This document shows positions 1-9,670 of a stretch of DNA of 64,000 bases, in pieces. The DNA comes from an uncultured Lactobacillus sp. Lineage in GTDB: Bacteria > Bacillota > Bacilli > Lactobacillales > Lactobacillaceae. The DNA is taken from positions 14,819 to 78,818 of the forward strand of contig CANPPJ010000005.1 in the NCBI GenBank assembly GCA_947575965.1, given 5' to 3'. Below the pieces are notes generated by a model. That model searched no databases and was not told where the DNA came from. It was given only the letters and a program-made list of their open reading frames with translations. The translations under genes were made by a program, and so were the position numbers. Numbering within the stretch: position 1 is the first letter of the stretch; each line of letters starts with the position of its first letter.

Positions 1-2
1 TT

Positions 3-1940
3 CTAACAATTATTGGGTTAATCATTTGTGTTTTAATTTTTGCCATCGGTGCTTTTTATGGACGTCCTCTTCTACCACAATTTTTAGTAGCAATTTCTTT
101 AGCTATTTCAATCATTCCAGAAGGACTTCCAGCAACTGCAACCATCATTATGGCACTTGGAGTGCAACGAATGGCTAAGAAACACGCCTTAATCAAAAAT
201 CTACCAGCAGTTGAAACCCTTGGAAATGCAACAGTTATTTGTTCTGACAAAACAGGAACTCTAACGTTAAACAAAATGACAGTAACTCATTTGGCTAACG
301 GAGATGATTTCCTTAACAAAAAAATCTTAAAAACTCAAAAAACAGCTAAAAACAATAATGCTTATAAAGACTTAATGTATGCTGCTAGTCTTTGTAATGA
401 TGCTTCTCTTAGTCCTGCTAACCCAGAAGAAATTATTGGTGACCCTACAGAAGGAGCCTTAATTCCGCTAGCACAAGATTTTGGATATTCTGTTTCCAGC
501 TTAAGAAAAGAATATCCAAGACTTGGCGAGTATCCCTTTGATTCAATTAGAAAACGTATGTCTACAATTCATGAAATAAACAATGAATATGTTGCCTACA
601 CTAAAGGAGCACTGGACGAATTACTCCCGCTCTGTGACTACATTGCTACAAGCAGTGGAATGCAGAAATTAACTAAGACAGATAAAGAAAATATTTTAGC
701 TTTATCACATCAGATGTCTAACAAAGCATTGAGAGTTTTAGGTTTTGCCAGCCGCACCATTTTAAATTTACCGCAAGAAAATGAAAATATTGAACAACAT
801 TTAGTTTTCTTAGGAGCTGTTGGGATGATTGACCCAGCTAGGGATGAAGTTAAAGCCTCAATCAAAATGGCTCGCGAAGCAGGTATTAAAACTATTATGA
901 TTACTGGTGACCATAAAAATACTGCAGTTGCTATTGCTAAAAACTTAGGTATTTATGCTAATGGAAATACTGTTATTTCTGGTACTGAACTAAACGAAAT
1001 GACTGATAATGAATTAGATCAAGCAGTTAAGTCAACCACAGTTTTTGCTCGTGTTTCACCTAATGATAAGTTAAGAATTATTCAAAGTCTAAAGCGAAAT
1101 GAAGAAGTAGTAACTATGACGGGGGACGGAGTTAATGACTCACCCGCTTTAAAAGCAGCTGACATCGGAGTCGCTATGGGAACTAGTGGTACTGACGTTG
1201 CTAAAGATGTCTCGGACATGATTTTGCTTAATGATAGTTTTACAACCATTACTGCCGCCATTAAAGAAGGACGAAAAGTTTACCGCAATATTCAAAAAGT
1301 AATTCAATTTTTACTAGTCGGTAATATTGCAGAAATCACTACTTTATTTATTGCTACCCTCTTTAATTGGGATGCTCCACTACTTGCGGTACATATTCTT
1401 TGGGTCAACTTAGCTACCGCAAGCTTGCCTGCTCTAGCTTTAGGAGTAGACCCTGCAAGTAAAAATATTATGAAGCATAAACCAGTGAAGACTGGAACCT
1501 TATTTGAAAGAGATCTAGTCTGGCGTGTTATCAGCCAAGGAATCTTTGTTGCCTTAATGACACTATTAGCTTACTGGATTGGGGATACTTTCGATAGTCC
1601 AATTGCTGGTCAAACAATGGCCTTTTGTGTTCTAGCTTTATCTCAAATGCTTCGCGCATTTAATCAACATTCTAATACTGATCCAATCTGGATTAGAGGA
1701 AATAAAATTAATATTTGGTTAATCGTATCCTTTGTCGTTTCAGCAGTTTTAATGGGAGTTATTCTCTTTACTCCTAACTTACAATCTCTCTTCCATTTAA
1801 CCACTCTTACACCAAGACAATGGTTAGTAGTAATTATTCTTTCCCTATTCTCAATCTTACAAGTTGAATTAATGAAGCTGGTCAAGCGGTCTATTAAAGC
1901 ACGACAACAAGCTAGATCATTAGAATCAGTTACCGATTAA
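3..1940 (+). CDS. P-type cation-transporting ATPase (type IIA-like), 5' end outside the window
   Basis: Frame is open from position 3 (LTIIGLII...[14 protein letters not shown]), upstream of the ORF-track start at 150. Motifs PEGL, DKTGTLT, TGD and GDGVND; C-terminal TM helices. Confidence 0.93.
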   Translation, partial: LTIIGLIICVLIFAIGAFYGRPLLPQFLVAISLAISIIPEGLPATATIIMALGVQRMAKKHALIKNLPAVETLGNATVICSDKTGTLTLNKMTVTHLANGDDFLNKKILKTQKTAKNNNAYKDLMYAASLCNDASLSPANPEEIIGDPTEGALIPLAQDFGYSVSSLRKEYPRLGEYPFDSIRKRMSTIHEINNEYVAYTKGALDELLPLCDYIATSSGMQKLTKTDKENILALSHQMSNKALRVLGFASRTILNLPQENENIEQHLVFLGAVGMIDPARDEVKASIKMAREAGIKTIMITGDHKNTAVAIAKNLGIYANGNTVISGTELNEMTDNELDQAVKSTTVFARVSPNDKLRIIQSLKRNEEVVTMTGDGVNDSPALKAADIGVAMGTSGTDVAKDVSDMILLNDSFTTITAAIKEGRKVYRNIQKVIQFLLVGNIAEITTLFIATLFNWDAPLLAVHILWVNLATASLPALALGVDPASKNIMKHKPVKTGTLFERDLVWRVISQGIFVALMTLLAYWIGDTFDSPIAGQTMAFCVLALSQMLRAFNQHSNTDPIWIRGNKINIWLIVSFVVSAVLMGVILFTPNLQSLFHLTTLTPRQWLVVIILSLFSILQVELMKLVKRSIKARQQARSLESVTD

Positions 1941-1977
1941 CAACATTATATTAATAGAATTTTAGCAAGCATATTTT

Positions 1978-2006
1978 TAGACTTAATATTAAACACCTTG
2001 TATAAT
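1978..2006 (+). promoter_or_regulatory. Sigma-A-type promoter with no intact gene behind it
   Basis: TAGACT (1978-1983), 17 bp spacer, TATAAT (2001-2006). Confidence 0.5.
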
Positions 2007-2103
2007 GAAAACGTAAATTTAACACTTACACAAGCATAAAGGTATAAGTAACTTTATGCTTTCTGCTTTTCTGTAATCAAATAACTAACACATTCTAAAT
2101 TAG

Positions 2104-2147
2104 AAAAATAGCCAAATTACTCTATCTTAAGTAGTTTGGCTATTTTT
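2104..2147 (+). terminator. Rho-independent terminator
   Basis: Inverted repeat AAAAATAGCCAAATTACT / AGTAGTTTGGCTATTTTT. Confidence 0.75.
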
Positions 2148-2249
2148 ATTGTCCGGATTTAACTTTTTATGCTAAATAGATTTTTTCATAACTGCTGCAA
2201 GCGCCTGCTCCTTAATTTTATTTACATCAACTTTATTAAGCTTTTCATA

Positions 2250-2420
2250 TTTAAAATGTTGGGCGCTCCTGGGGTATTAAAAGTTGCCGGCGGAGTTCAA
2301 GCTATTTTTGGTGGAAAAGCCGATTTATATAGCCAAGAAATCAATGATATTATCGCCCATCCTAATATGCAACCAGCAAATACTCCACAGAATGATGTCT
2401 ACTCCGTAACTACTAAATAA
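2250..2420 (+). pseudogene. Remnant of a glucose-family PTS EIIB domain (C-terminal part and linker)
   Basis: LGAPGVLKVAGGVQAIFGGKADLYSQEINDII resembles the end of PtsG/NagE-type EIIB. The catalytic Cys motif, EIIC and EIIA are absent. Confidence 0.65.
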
Positions 2421-2439
2421 CTTTAATCCCTCTATAAAC

Positions 2440-2481
2440 AAAAAATGTACTCAAATTTCCATTTTCTTGAGTACATTTTTT
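2440..2481. terminator. Bidirectional rho-independent terminator
   Basis: AAAAAATGTACTCAA...TTGAGTACATTTTTT between convergent units. Confidence 0.8.
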
Positions 2482-2489
2482 ATGTTCTT

Positions 2490-4352
2490 TTATTTGTCTT
2501 TAATTACTACTTTTGTCCCTACAGGAACAGTTTCTGCAAGCCACTTTGAATCTGGGACACTTAATCTAATACACCCATGTGATCCCGAACTTCTTCCAAG
2601 TTTTGCTGCTTCCTTTTTGTTAATAGAGCCATCAGATTTAGTAGGTACGGAGTGAAATAGGTATACTCCGTGATCTTTCCAGCTAACATAATATTTAGCC
2701 CCTTCATTCAATTCATTGTTGTAAAAATCATTACCCCGTTCCTCCTGAATATAATAAGTGCCTGTAGGAGTATCAGACTTATTCTTATGATAAGTACCAC
2801 CAGTTGAAAGCATAGTATAGATTGGCTTATTTCCACTCATAATATAAGTCCGATTTTCCTTTAGAGAAACTCTAATCCATAAATTCTTTACTTTTGTTAA
2901 ATCAGGATAATCTTTATCTTCACTCTTTTTACTCCACGTTCCAACTTTTGCTAAATTTACCGGATCAGGGTAAGGTTTTTCATCTTTTTTTGTTTTAACT
3001 TTAGATTTTGAATTCTTCTCTCTTTTTTCTCCATAATTAAATATAGACTGATAATATTTTCTTGCAGCTTGACTTACATAGGAAATTAAGTTCATCAAAG
3101 GATTAATTTCCTCAATATTTTCATGGACAGTCGCTTCAATTCCTACGCCATGTGATGAGTTTAAAGCTGGAAGATTGGAAATATAAAACTCGCCTACTTT
3201 TTCATTTTTAGTTATGGGCGCCTGAAGTACACTTTTAGAGAAATTAACTTTTAAATTAGAGATTTTTTGTTCTTTTGGTAACCATAGTTTGATTGGCTTT
3301 TTCATATAAACTAAAGCCGATTTTTTCTCACCGTCATCAATTTTTACTCTAGTTATTTTTGGAACTTTATTTTTGGCGGTAATTTCCTTAACTTGATAAT
3401 TATCAAAAATATAATCCATTAATTTTTTAGTCTGCGTAAAGCGAGAAGGATCATTTCCATCAACATGTTGCGCTCCAAGAATTACTGTAGCAATTCGCTG
3501 TCCTTCTTTTTGCATTGTTGCAGAAAAGCATGCTCCTGCTGCATCAGTAGTTCCAGTTTTTAAACCATCTACTGAATAGTTAGAATCATATTCAGATAAA
3601 CCTTTCAGCATCCAATTTGAACTTTCCATTGAAATGGTTTGGTCTTGATCTATAAAGGCGCTGTGTGCCTTACTCGTTGTATCTAATACTTGAGGAAATT
3701 CCTTTAGTAAGTGTGAAATTATAATTGCCATATCAGATGCAGATAGGATATTTTCTGCATCTTTATCTTTATCCTTGAAAGATTCTTCACCTAACGTGTA
3801 ATTAGGCAAGCCACTGGGTGTAACGAGCTGTGTATCCCCGCCAGTTATATTCCAAGTGCTCAATTGTTGCCTCATTTTCTTTACAAAGGATTGTTGAGAT
3901 CCACTAATTACTTCTCCCAAGAGCATTGCGGGTCCATTTGCTGATTCAATCAAAGTTGCTTCATATAATTGCTTAATGGTATAACTATGATTCATTTGTA
4001 AAGGAATACCAGAATATTTTGAATCATTGCTAACAGCTACAATTTGTTTAGTCGGCTGTACTCGTTGATTCCAACTTATTTTTTTATTCTTAATTGCATC
4101 TAAAGTTAAATATACAGTGATTAACTTTGACATAGAGGCTACTGGCAACTTCTTATTAGCATTTTTAGCATATAAAATTTGTCCACTATTTACATCTATT
4201 GCTAAGGCAGATTTTACATCAAGATCCACTTGATTTTCATCATAGTTGTCTATAGAAGCAGCATTCACGCTTACTGCTTTAGCAAAAAAGTAGATTAAAA
4301 AACAAAAAAATGGTAATAAGCCTTTAAGTATTTTGATCTTATATTTTTTCAT
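2490..4352 (-). CDS. D-alanyl-D-alanine carboxypeptidase (S11/DacA) fused to a C-terminal YkuD L,D-transpeptidase domain
   Basis: Signal peptide; SxxK (ASMSK), SxN (SAN) and KTG (LKTGTT) motifs; C-terminal TPTGTY...LFHSVP...SHGCIRL YkuD motif. Confidence 0.88.
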   Translation of the reverse strand: MKKYKIKILKGLLPFFCFLIYFFAKAVSVNAASIDNYDENQVDLDVKSALAIDVNSGQILYAKNANKKLPVASMSKLITVYLTLDAIKNKKISWNQRVQPTKQIVAVSNDSKYSGIPLQMNHSYTIKQLYEATLIESANGPAMLLGEVISGSQQSFVKKMRQQLSTWNITGGDTQLVTPSGLPNYTLGEESFKDKDKDAENILSASDMAIIISHLLKEFPQVLDTTSKAHSAFIDQDQTISMESSNWMLKGLSEYDSNYSVDGLKTGTTDAAGACFSATMQKEGQRIATVILGAQHVDGNDPSRFTQTKKLMDYIFDNYQVKEITAKNKVPKITRVKIDDGEKKSALVYMKKPIKLWLPKEQKISNLKVNFSKSVLQAPITKNEKVGEFYISNLPALNSSHGVGIEATVHENIEEINPLMNLISYVSQAARKYYQSIFNYGEKREKNSKSKVKTKKDEKPYPDPVNLAKVGTWSKKSEDKDYPDLTKVKNLWIRVSLKENRTYIMSGNKPIYTMLSTGGTYHKNKSDTPTGTYYIQEERGNDFYNNELNEGAKYYVSWKDHGVYLFHSVPTKSDGSINKKEAAKLGRSSGSHGCIRLSVPDSKWLAETVPVGTKVVIKDK

Positions 4353-4522
4353 GTTTCCTCTTTCGTCTCTTCGTATGTCAAAAACTAGAAATATTATATC
4401 ACGAGTAACATATCCAAAATAAAAACGCTAAAAAATCAAACTTATTCAGTCAACTTTTCAGCGTAATTTTTACTTTTTTAATTCTACTTAATAAATAATT
4501 TTACAGCTACACTAATTTTATT

Positions 4523-5287
4523 TTACTTAGTAGTAACATCGACATCTAGTTCAATTGGACAGTGATCTGAGCCCATAATATTGCTTAAAATCTTAGCATT
4601 AGTTAATTTATCTTCCAAATTATTAGATACTAGGAAGTAATCTAGTCTCCAGCCAAGATTTTCTGCCCGAGCTTCCTTATCACGATAGCTCCAATAAGTA
4701 TACTTAGCTTCATCTGGGTGGAAGTAACGGAAAGTGTCAATGAAGCCAGCATTTAATAATTCAGAAAATTCTTTTCTTTCAATACCAGTAAATCCTGGAC
4801 GATGGTGATTATCATCCGGCTCAGCTAAATCAATTCTTTCATGAGCGACACTCATATCTCCACCAATAATTACTGGCTTGTATTGCATTAATTTAGTAAC
4901 ATAATTTCTAAAAGTTTGTGCCCATAATTCTCTAAAGTCTAGTCTTTGAAGCTTTTCTCCAGAAAATGGTACTTGAACATTAATAAAGTAAAAGTTTGAA
5001 AACTCTAAAGTAATGCTTCTTCCTTCGCCATCAACTTCTGGGACACCGAAGCCATTAGCCACAGTAATTGGTTTTTCTTTTGTAAAAACAGCAGTTCCGG
5101 CATAACCTTTTCTTTCAGCATAATTCCAATATTGATAGTATCCCGGTAGATCTACTGATAATTCATCCGGATGAAGACGTGTATCTTGTATTCCAAAAAT
5201 ATCTGCATCTAAGTCCATAAAAGTATTAACAAAACCATGACGTAAAGCGGCCCGGAAGCCATTTACATTCCAAGACATAAATTTCAT
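4523..5287 (-). CDS. Exodeoxyribonuclease III / AP-endonuclease family protein with a divergent active site
   Basis: SWNVNG, GYAGTAVF, GWRLDYF and SDHCP motifs. Start placed at MKFMSW after a purine-rich RBS. Confidence 0.88.
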   Translation of the reverse strand: MKFMSWNVNGFRAALRHGFVNTFMDLDADIFGIQDTRLHPDELSVDLPGYYQYWNYAERKGYAGTAVFTKEKPITVANGFGVPEVDGEGRSITLEFSNFYFINVQVPFSGEKLQRLDFRELWAQTFRNYVTKLMQYKPVIIGGDMSVAHERIDLAEPDDNHHRPGFTGIERKEFSELLNAGFIDTFRYFHPDEAKYTYWSYRDKEARAENLGWRLDYFLVSNNLEDKLTNAKILSNIMGSDHCPIELDVDVTTK

Positions 5288-5373
5288 AATAATTCTTCTT
5301 TCCATCACAAAATAATAGGTCTTATCAACTCAATTGTACAAACTTAATCCCCATAGATGAAATATTTCGACCT

Positions 5374-5412
5374 AAAAAATCGGATTAACTATTTAAGCTA
5401 ATCCGATTTTTT
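5374..5412 (-). terminator. Rho-independent terminator
   Basis: AAAAAATCGGATTA...TAATCCGATTTTTT. Confidence 0.75.
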
Positions 5413-5413
5413 C

Positions 5414-5758
5414 TTATCTTGTTTTCAAATGCCAAACAAAGAATCCAATTCCAATTACTAATGCTAAAATTCCGGTCCAGATCAAACCAGCATATAAGCC
5501 GCCCAAAATTCCAAGAATTCCGGCAACAATCATCATTGCTAACCCAGCAATATCACCGCCTAACCCCTCACTATTTTCAGTCGAAACATAAACAATGCCA
5601 CTCGCCATAAATAGACCGCAAAGGAGAACTCCAATAATTCCTGCTATCATATTTTTCTCAGCAATTATTCCCAAGAATCCACCTAATAGACCCTGAATAA
5701 ATAACCAAACTGAATAGACAATCATTAAAATTCCAATTACTAATTTCGTAACTCTCAT
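5414..5758 (-). CDS. Small 4-TM membrane protein, function unknown
   Basis: Hydrophobic Gly-rich ORF; RBS GAAGAGGGG before MRVTK. Confidence 0.75.
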   Translation of the reverse strand: MRVTKLVIGILMIVYSVWLFIQGLLGGFLGIIAEKNMIAGIIGVLLCGLFMASGIVYVSTENSEGLGGDIAGLAMMIVAGILGILGGLYAGLIWTGILALVIGIGFFVWHLKTR

Positions 5759-5862
5759 AAAAAACCCCTCTTCTTTCACCTATTAAGTTAATATACTTAG
5801 GCCGAATATTCAAAATTTTTGATACAATACTTCTATGCTATAAATGAAAGACACAAAACATA

Positions 5863-6078
5863 ATGAGAATATTTGAGTTTATTGGATTAAGTATTTATTT
5901 AGTGCTAATTGCGATTTTAATAGTTCGTCAAGTTAATGTAAGTCGTAATTTTAGAAATAATAAGATTGATAAAGAAACATGTCAGAAATCAACGAAAAGA
6001 AACACAATTTTATTAGTGATAGTAGGTGTTCTGCTAATTTTATTTTTATATACACCGTTTAAAATTTTGATTTTTTAG
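5863..6078 (+). CDS. Small 2-TM membrane protein, function unknown
   Basis: 71-aa ORF with two hydrophobic segments that fills the intergenic gap. Confidence 0.6.
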   Translation: MRIFEFIGLSIYLVLIAILIVRQVNVSRNFRNNKIDKETCQKSTKRNTILLVIVGVLLILFLYTPFKILIF

Positions 6079-6120
6079 ATTTGTTATAATGTGAATTAGT
6101 GTTATTCAAGGAGTTTATAA

Positions 6121-6771
6121 ATGAAGAGAATTTATATTGTTCGTCATGGTCAAACTTATATTAACCGCTACGATAAAATGCAGGGTTGGTGTGACACACC
6201 CCTAACTGATGAGGGAGTCCAAGGTGCAAAAGATGCAGGTAAAGCCTTGAGTGAAGTTCCTTTCGATATTGCTATCTCAAGTGATTTAAAGAGAGCTAGT
6301 GATACTTGTGATTATATTATTAATGAAAATTGTAAACGAGATGAGTTGCAACACATTGCAACACCATTTTTTAGAGAACAATTCTATGGCTTTTTTGAAG
6401 GAATGAATTCAGACGAAGCATGGCGTATGATCGGTGGACCTCACGGTTATCCAAGACGAGATGAACTACTTAAAGAAGTAGATATCAATACTATTAAGGA
6501 CTACATGAAAGAAGCGGATCCATATCATGAAGCTGAAAATGCGGAAGAATATTGGAATCGCGTCGATAAAGGTTTTGACTTAATTAGTCAATTAGATGGT
6601 GCTGAAAATATTCTTCTTGTTACCCATGGCTTTACAATCAGAAGTATTGTTTCTCGTTTTGCTCCTGGAGAATATAATTTAGCTCATGGTCCAAGAAATG
6701 CATCAATTACAATTATGAATATGACTGACAAGGATATGAAGATTACTTCCTATAATAAAATGTCAGTATAG
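6121..6771 (+). CDS. Histidine phosphatase (phosphoglycerate mutase-like) family protein
   Basis: RHGQT, SSDLKRA and LLVTHG motifs; RBS AAGGAG. Confidence 0.9.
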   Translation: MKRIYIVRHGQTYINRYDKMQGWCDTPLTDEGVQGAKDAGKALSEVPFDIAISSDLKRASDTCDYIINENCKRDELQHIATPFFREQFYGFFEGMNSDEAWRMIGGPHGYPRRDELLKEVDINTIKDYMKEADPYHEAENAEEYWNRVDKGFDLISQLDGAENILLVTHGFTIRSIVSRFAPGEYNLAHGPRNASITIMNMTDKDMKITSYNKMSV

Positions 6772-6772
6772 T

Positions 6773-6804
6773 AAAAAAGCTTATCATTTTGATAAGCCTT
6801 TTTT
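6773..6804. terminator. Bidirectional terminator
   Basis: AAAAAAGCTTATCA-TTT-TGATAAGC-CTTTTTT between convergent genes. Confidence 0.8.
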
Positions 6805-6805
6805 C

Positions 6806-8668
6806 TTAATCTTCTTTTTGTAAAACAATATGTTGATATAAAACTACTGTTAATAAGTAGTAAAGTACGTAAAGAACTCCGAAAATAGTGAATGGAATCC
6901 AAAGTTTGTCGTAAGTGTTCATCCCTAAAATAGACTTGAATAATTGAAGTCCAAATAAAACATCAACTACTCCTAAGGCAGCAGGTAAAGCAAATAAAAT
7001 TCCAATTTCTTTTGCAATAGATGCTTTTAAGAGACTCTTTCTTGTTCCAACCTTCCAAAGCATTTGGTATCTTGGTTTATCGCTGTTTGCTCCAGATAAA
7101 ACTTTGAACATTAATGTTGAAGCAAGCATTGCTAAAAATGCTAACCCTAAGAAGAAGCCCATAAATTCAAAACCAGAGGTCATACTTGAAACTAAGCGAT
7201 ATTGTGCTGATTTAGAATTGGAGAGATTTACATTAACTGCGTCTTTATCAACTTCTGGTGAACTCATCATTTGAGTTGCGGATAAGTTTTGGAGTTTCTC
7301 AATATTATTAAAGTTACTTCTAAAATCGTTAACTCTTAAAAGCTCAATTCTATTTACTTTAGCCTTAACTTGATTATATTGAGTTTCCGGCACAACTTTA
7401 GCTTGAGCATCAATATATGGAGTTAAAGATACTAACTGATATTGTGCTTCATTAGTATCAGTCTTATTCTTAAAATCACTTGCTTTAATACGTCTAGTAT
7501 CATAATGATTCATATCATTTTTTCTTGAATAATGTTGATACATGATCTGATTATTCTTGATTTGATTTTCTGGAATATAAAGTACTCTAGTTTTTTCTTT
7601 TCCTTTACCTTCTACCACCATCTTATAGTCAAACGTTGTAGCAGATTTTACAGAAACTTTCTTTAATTGATTATCTACTTTTTTATTATGACCATACAAA
7701 ACAACATCATAATATGTGCTTTGCATTGCCTGTTCAGTCATATTATTAAAGTTCAAACCAACTGTAATTGCTCCTAAAGCAAGAGCAAATAATAAAGAGA
7801 CAGTAGATAAAATTCGAGTATAATCACTTAATCTAAACTTAAGTTGTCCTAAAGTGAAGGAATGTAATTTCTTATATTTGTAAGCTAAGTTCTTACGGAG
7901 TAAATCAATAATTGCTGTAAAGAAGGAATCAAAAGTAAAGTAAGAACCAAAAACGATTGTAAAGAAGGCTATTGGAATAGTTTTCGTTCCTAATTTTGCT
8001 GCATGCATCATTGCCCAATAACCAAGAGCAAGTAACGCAATTCCTAAAAGTGCTTCAATAAATTTCCATAATTTATTTCTATGTAATTTAACTGGTTTTT
8101 GATCTTCATGAAGTAAGTTAATCACATTTGACTTAACTAATTTATGACGATTCCAAAAAGCTGCTAAGAAAAACAAAATCGCAAAGAAAGCTATTGTCCA
8201 AAGTAAAGCTGGTAAGTAAAAGCCAACAAATTTATGGATTTGCAATCCTAGTTGGGAAATCAACACACTGGAAACTCCCTGCGTTAAGCCAACCCCTAAG
8301 ACTGTCCCCAATAAAGTAGCCAGTAAACCAACAACAAGAGTTTCGGTAAATATTAATCTTCCAATTTTGCTTGTTCTAGCTCCTAGCATCATATACATTC
8401 CATAGTCTTTTTGTCTCATACTAAGCAAAAAACTATTGGCATATACAATATAAACAAAAGTAATAATAGAAAGTAATGCAATTCCAAAACCAAAAACAAT
8501 TTGGGTAGTTTTAAAAGCAATACTTAGTGAGCCCTTTAAGAAAGCTGGGTTTGTAGCTAGAGTCATGAACATATAAAAGATCGCACTAGCAAAAGTTAAG
8601 CCTGAAAAAAGAACTAAATAGTCTTTGAACCGGCTTTTAATCCCGGTTAATGATAATTTCCAAAGCAT
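6806..8668 (-). CDS. BceB-like (FtsX-family) peptide-antibiotic ABC transporter permease
   Basis: About 10 TM helices with a large loop before the last three; R-K-YGMYMMLG motif; follows its ATPase gene. Confidence 0.85.
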   Translation of the reverse strand: MLWKLSLTGIKSRFKDYLVLFSGLTFASAIFYMFMTLATNPAFLKGSLSIAFKTTQIVFGFGIALLSIITFVYIVYANSFLLSMRQKDYGMYMMLGARTSKIGRLIFTETLVVGLLATLLGTVLGVGLTQGVSSVLISQLGLQIHKFVGFYLPALLWTIAFFAILFFLAAFWNRHKLVKSNVINLLHEDQKPVKLHRNKLWKFIEALLGIALLALGYWAMMHAAKLGTKTIPIAFFTIVFGSYFTFDSFFTAIIDLLRKNLAYKYKKLHSFTLGQLKFRLSDYTRILSTVSLLFALALGAITVGLNFNNMTEQAMQSTYYDVVLYGHNKKVDNQLKKVSVKSATTFDYKMVVEGKGKEKTRVLYIPENQIKNNQIMYQHYSRKNDMNHYDTRRIKASDFKNKTDTNEAQYQLVSLTPYIDAQAKVVPETQYNQVKAKVNRIELLRVNDFRSNFNNIEKLQNLSATQMMSSPEVDKDAVNVNLSNSKSAQYRLVSSMTSGFEFMGFFLGLAFLAMLASTLMFKVLSGANSDKPRYQMLWKVGTRKSLLKASIAKEIGILFALPAALGVVDVLFGLQLFKSILGMNTYDKLWIPFTIFGVLYVLYYLLTVVLYQHIVLQKED

Positions 8669-8687
8669 AATTATTTCCTTTCTATTC

Positions 8688-9434
8688 TTAACGTCTACCT
8701 AATTCAGCAATAATTTCTTGATAAAATTCTTCTCTACTTTTACCATCTTTTTTAATTTCTTTTCCGATCTTACCATCTTTAATGAAAAGAATTCGACTAG
8801 CATATGAAGCGGAATATGGATCGTGAGTAACCATTAAAATAGAAACTCTATCATTTTCATTTAGACCTTTCATTGTTTCAAGTAATTCAGTAGCACTCTT
8901 TGAATCAAGTGCCCCAGTTGGTTCATCTCCATAAAGAATAGCTGGTTCATGAACTAATGCACGCGCTGCTGCAACACGTTGCTTTTGCCCACCAGAGATT
9001 TCTGCTGGATATTTACTTAAGATGTGATCAATTCCTAATCGCTTAGCAATTTTATCAACTTTAGGATTAATCTGACTACTCTTCACATTTTGAAGTGAAA
9101 GAGGAAGAGCAATATTTTCACGATTAGTTAAATTCTCTAATAAGTTAAAATCTTGAAAAATAAAGCCAATCTCTTGACCCCGGAAATCTGCCATTTGATT
9201 TTTATTTAAGCCAGTAATATCGCGGCCATTAATGTATACATTTCCAGTTGTAGGTTGATCTAAAGTAGATAAAATATTTAACAAGGTGGTTTTACCAGAA
9301 CCAGATGCACCCATGATTCCAACAAATTCACCACGTTCTACATCAAAACTAACACCCTTTAAAGCTTGGTATTGTTTTTCACCTTTTTTACCATAAGTCT
9401 TAGTAATATTTTGAACTTGAACTACTTCACTCAT
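8688..9434 (-). CDS. BceA/LolD-like ABC transporter ATP-binding protein
   Basis: GASGSGKT, ISGGQKQR, DEPTGALD and VTHD motifs. Confidence 0.92.
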   Translation of the reverse strand: MSEVVQVQNITKTYGKKGEKQYQALKGVSFDVERGEFVGIMGASGSGKTTLLNILSTLDQPTTGNVYINGRDITGLNKNQMADFRGQEIGFIFQDFNLLENLTNRENIALPLSLQNVKSSQINPKVDKIAKRLGIDHILSKYPAEISGGQKQRVAAARALVHEPAILYGDEPTGALDSKSATELLETMKGLNENDRVSILMVTHDPYSASYASRILFIKDGKIGKEIKKDGKSREEFYQEIIAELGRR

Positions 9435-9590
9435 TTTGACTCCTCTTTTCGTTATAGTGTATTACGTACCTGTTACACTATATAATACAGACACCGTGTA
9501 AAAAAGTAAAGTTTGTTTTTCATTTTTTTATCTTTTCTTCTTGTATAATAGAAACCGTGATTATAAATAAAATATGAAATGAGGTATAGA

Positions 9591-9635
9591 ATGCAGGGAA
9601 GCTACTTCTTCAACCCACCTCCTAAATTTAGATAA
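9591..9635 (+). CDS. Putative leader peptide MQGSYFFNPPPKFR
   Basis: RBS GAGGT 5 nt before ATG; 14 codons plus TAA; the Pro codons overlap an anti-SD for the downstream permease. Confidence 0.65.
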   Translation: MQGSYFFNPPPKFR

Positions 9636-9670
9636 ATGATAATAGTATAGGATTTTTAGGAGGAAATTTT

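Noticed and set aside
2169-2250. N-terminal part of the 83-aa ORF as real coding sequence
   Set aside because: No RBS and a composition typical of AT-rich intergenic DNA; only the portion from about 2250 resembles a PTS domain.
9440-9540. BceR-type operator upstream of the BceAB-like transporter
   Set aside because: The best candidate (ACA-CCG-TGT) has 3-bp rather than 4-bp spacing, and no cognate two-component system is adjacent.
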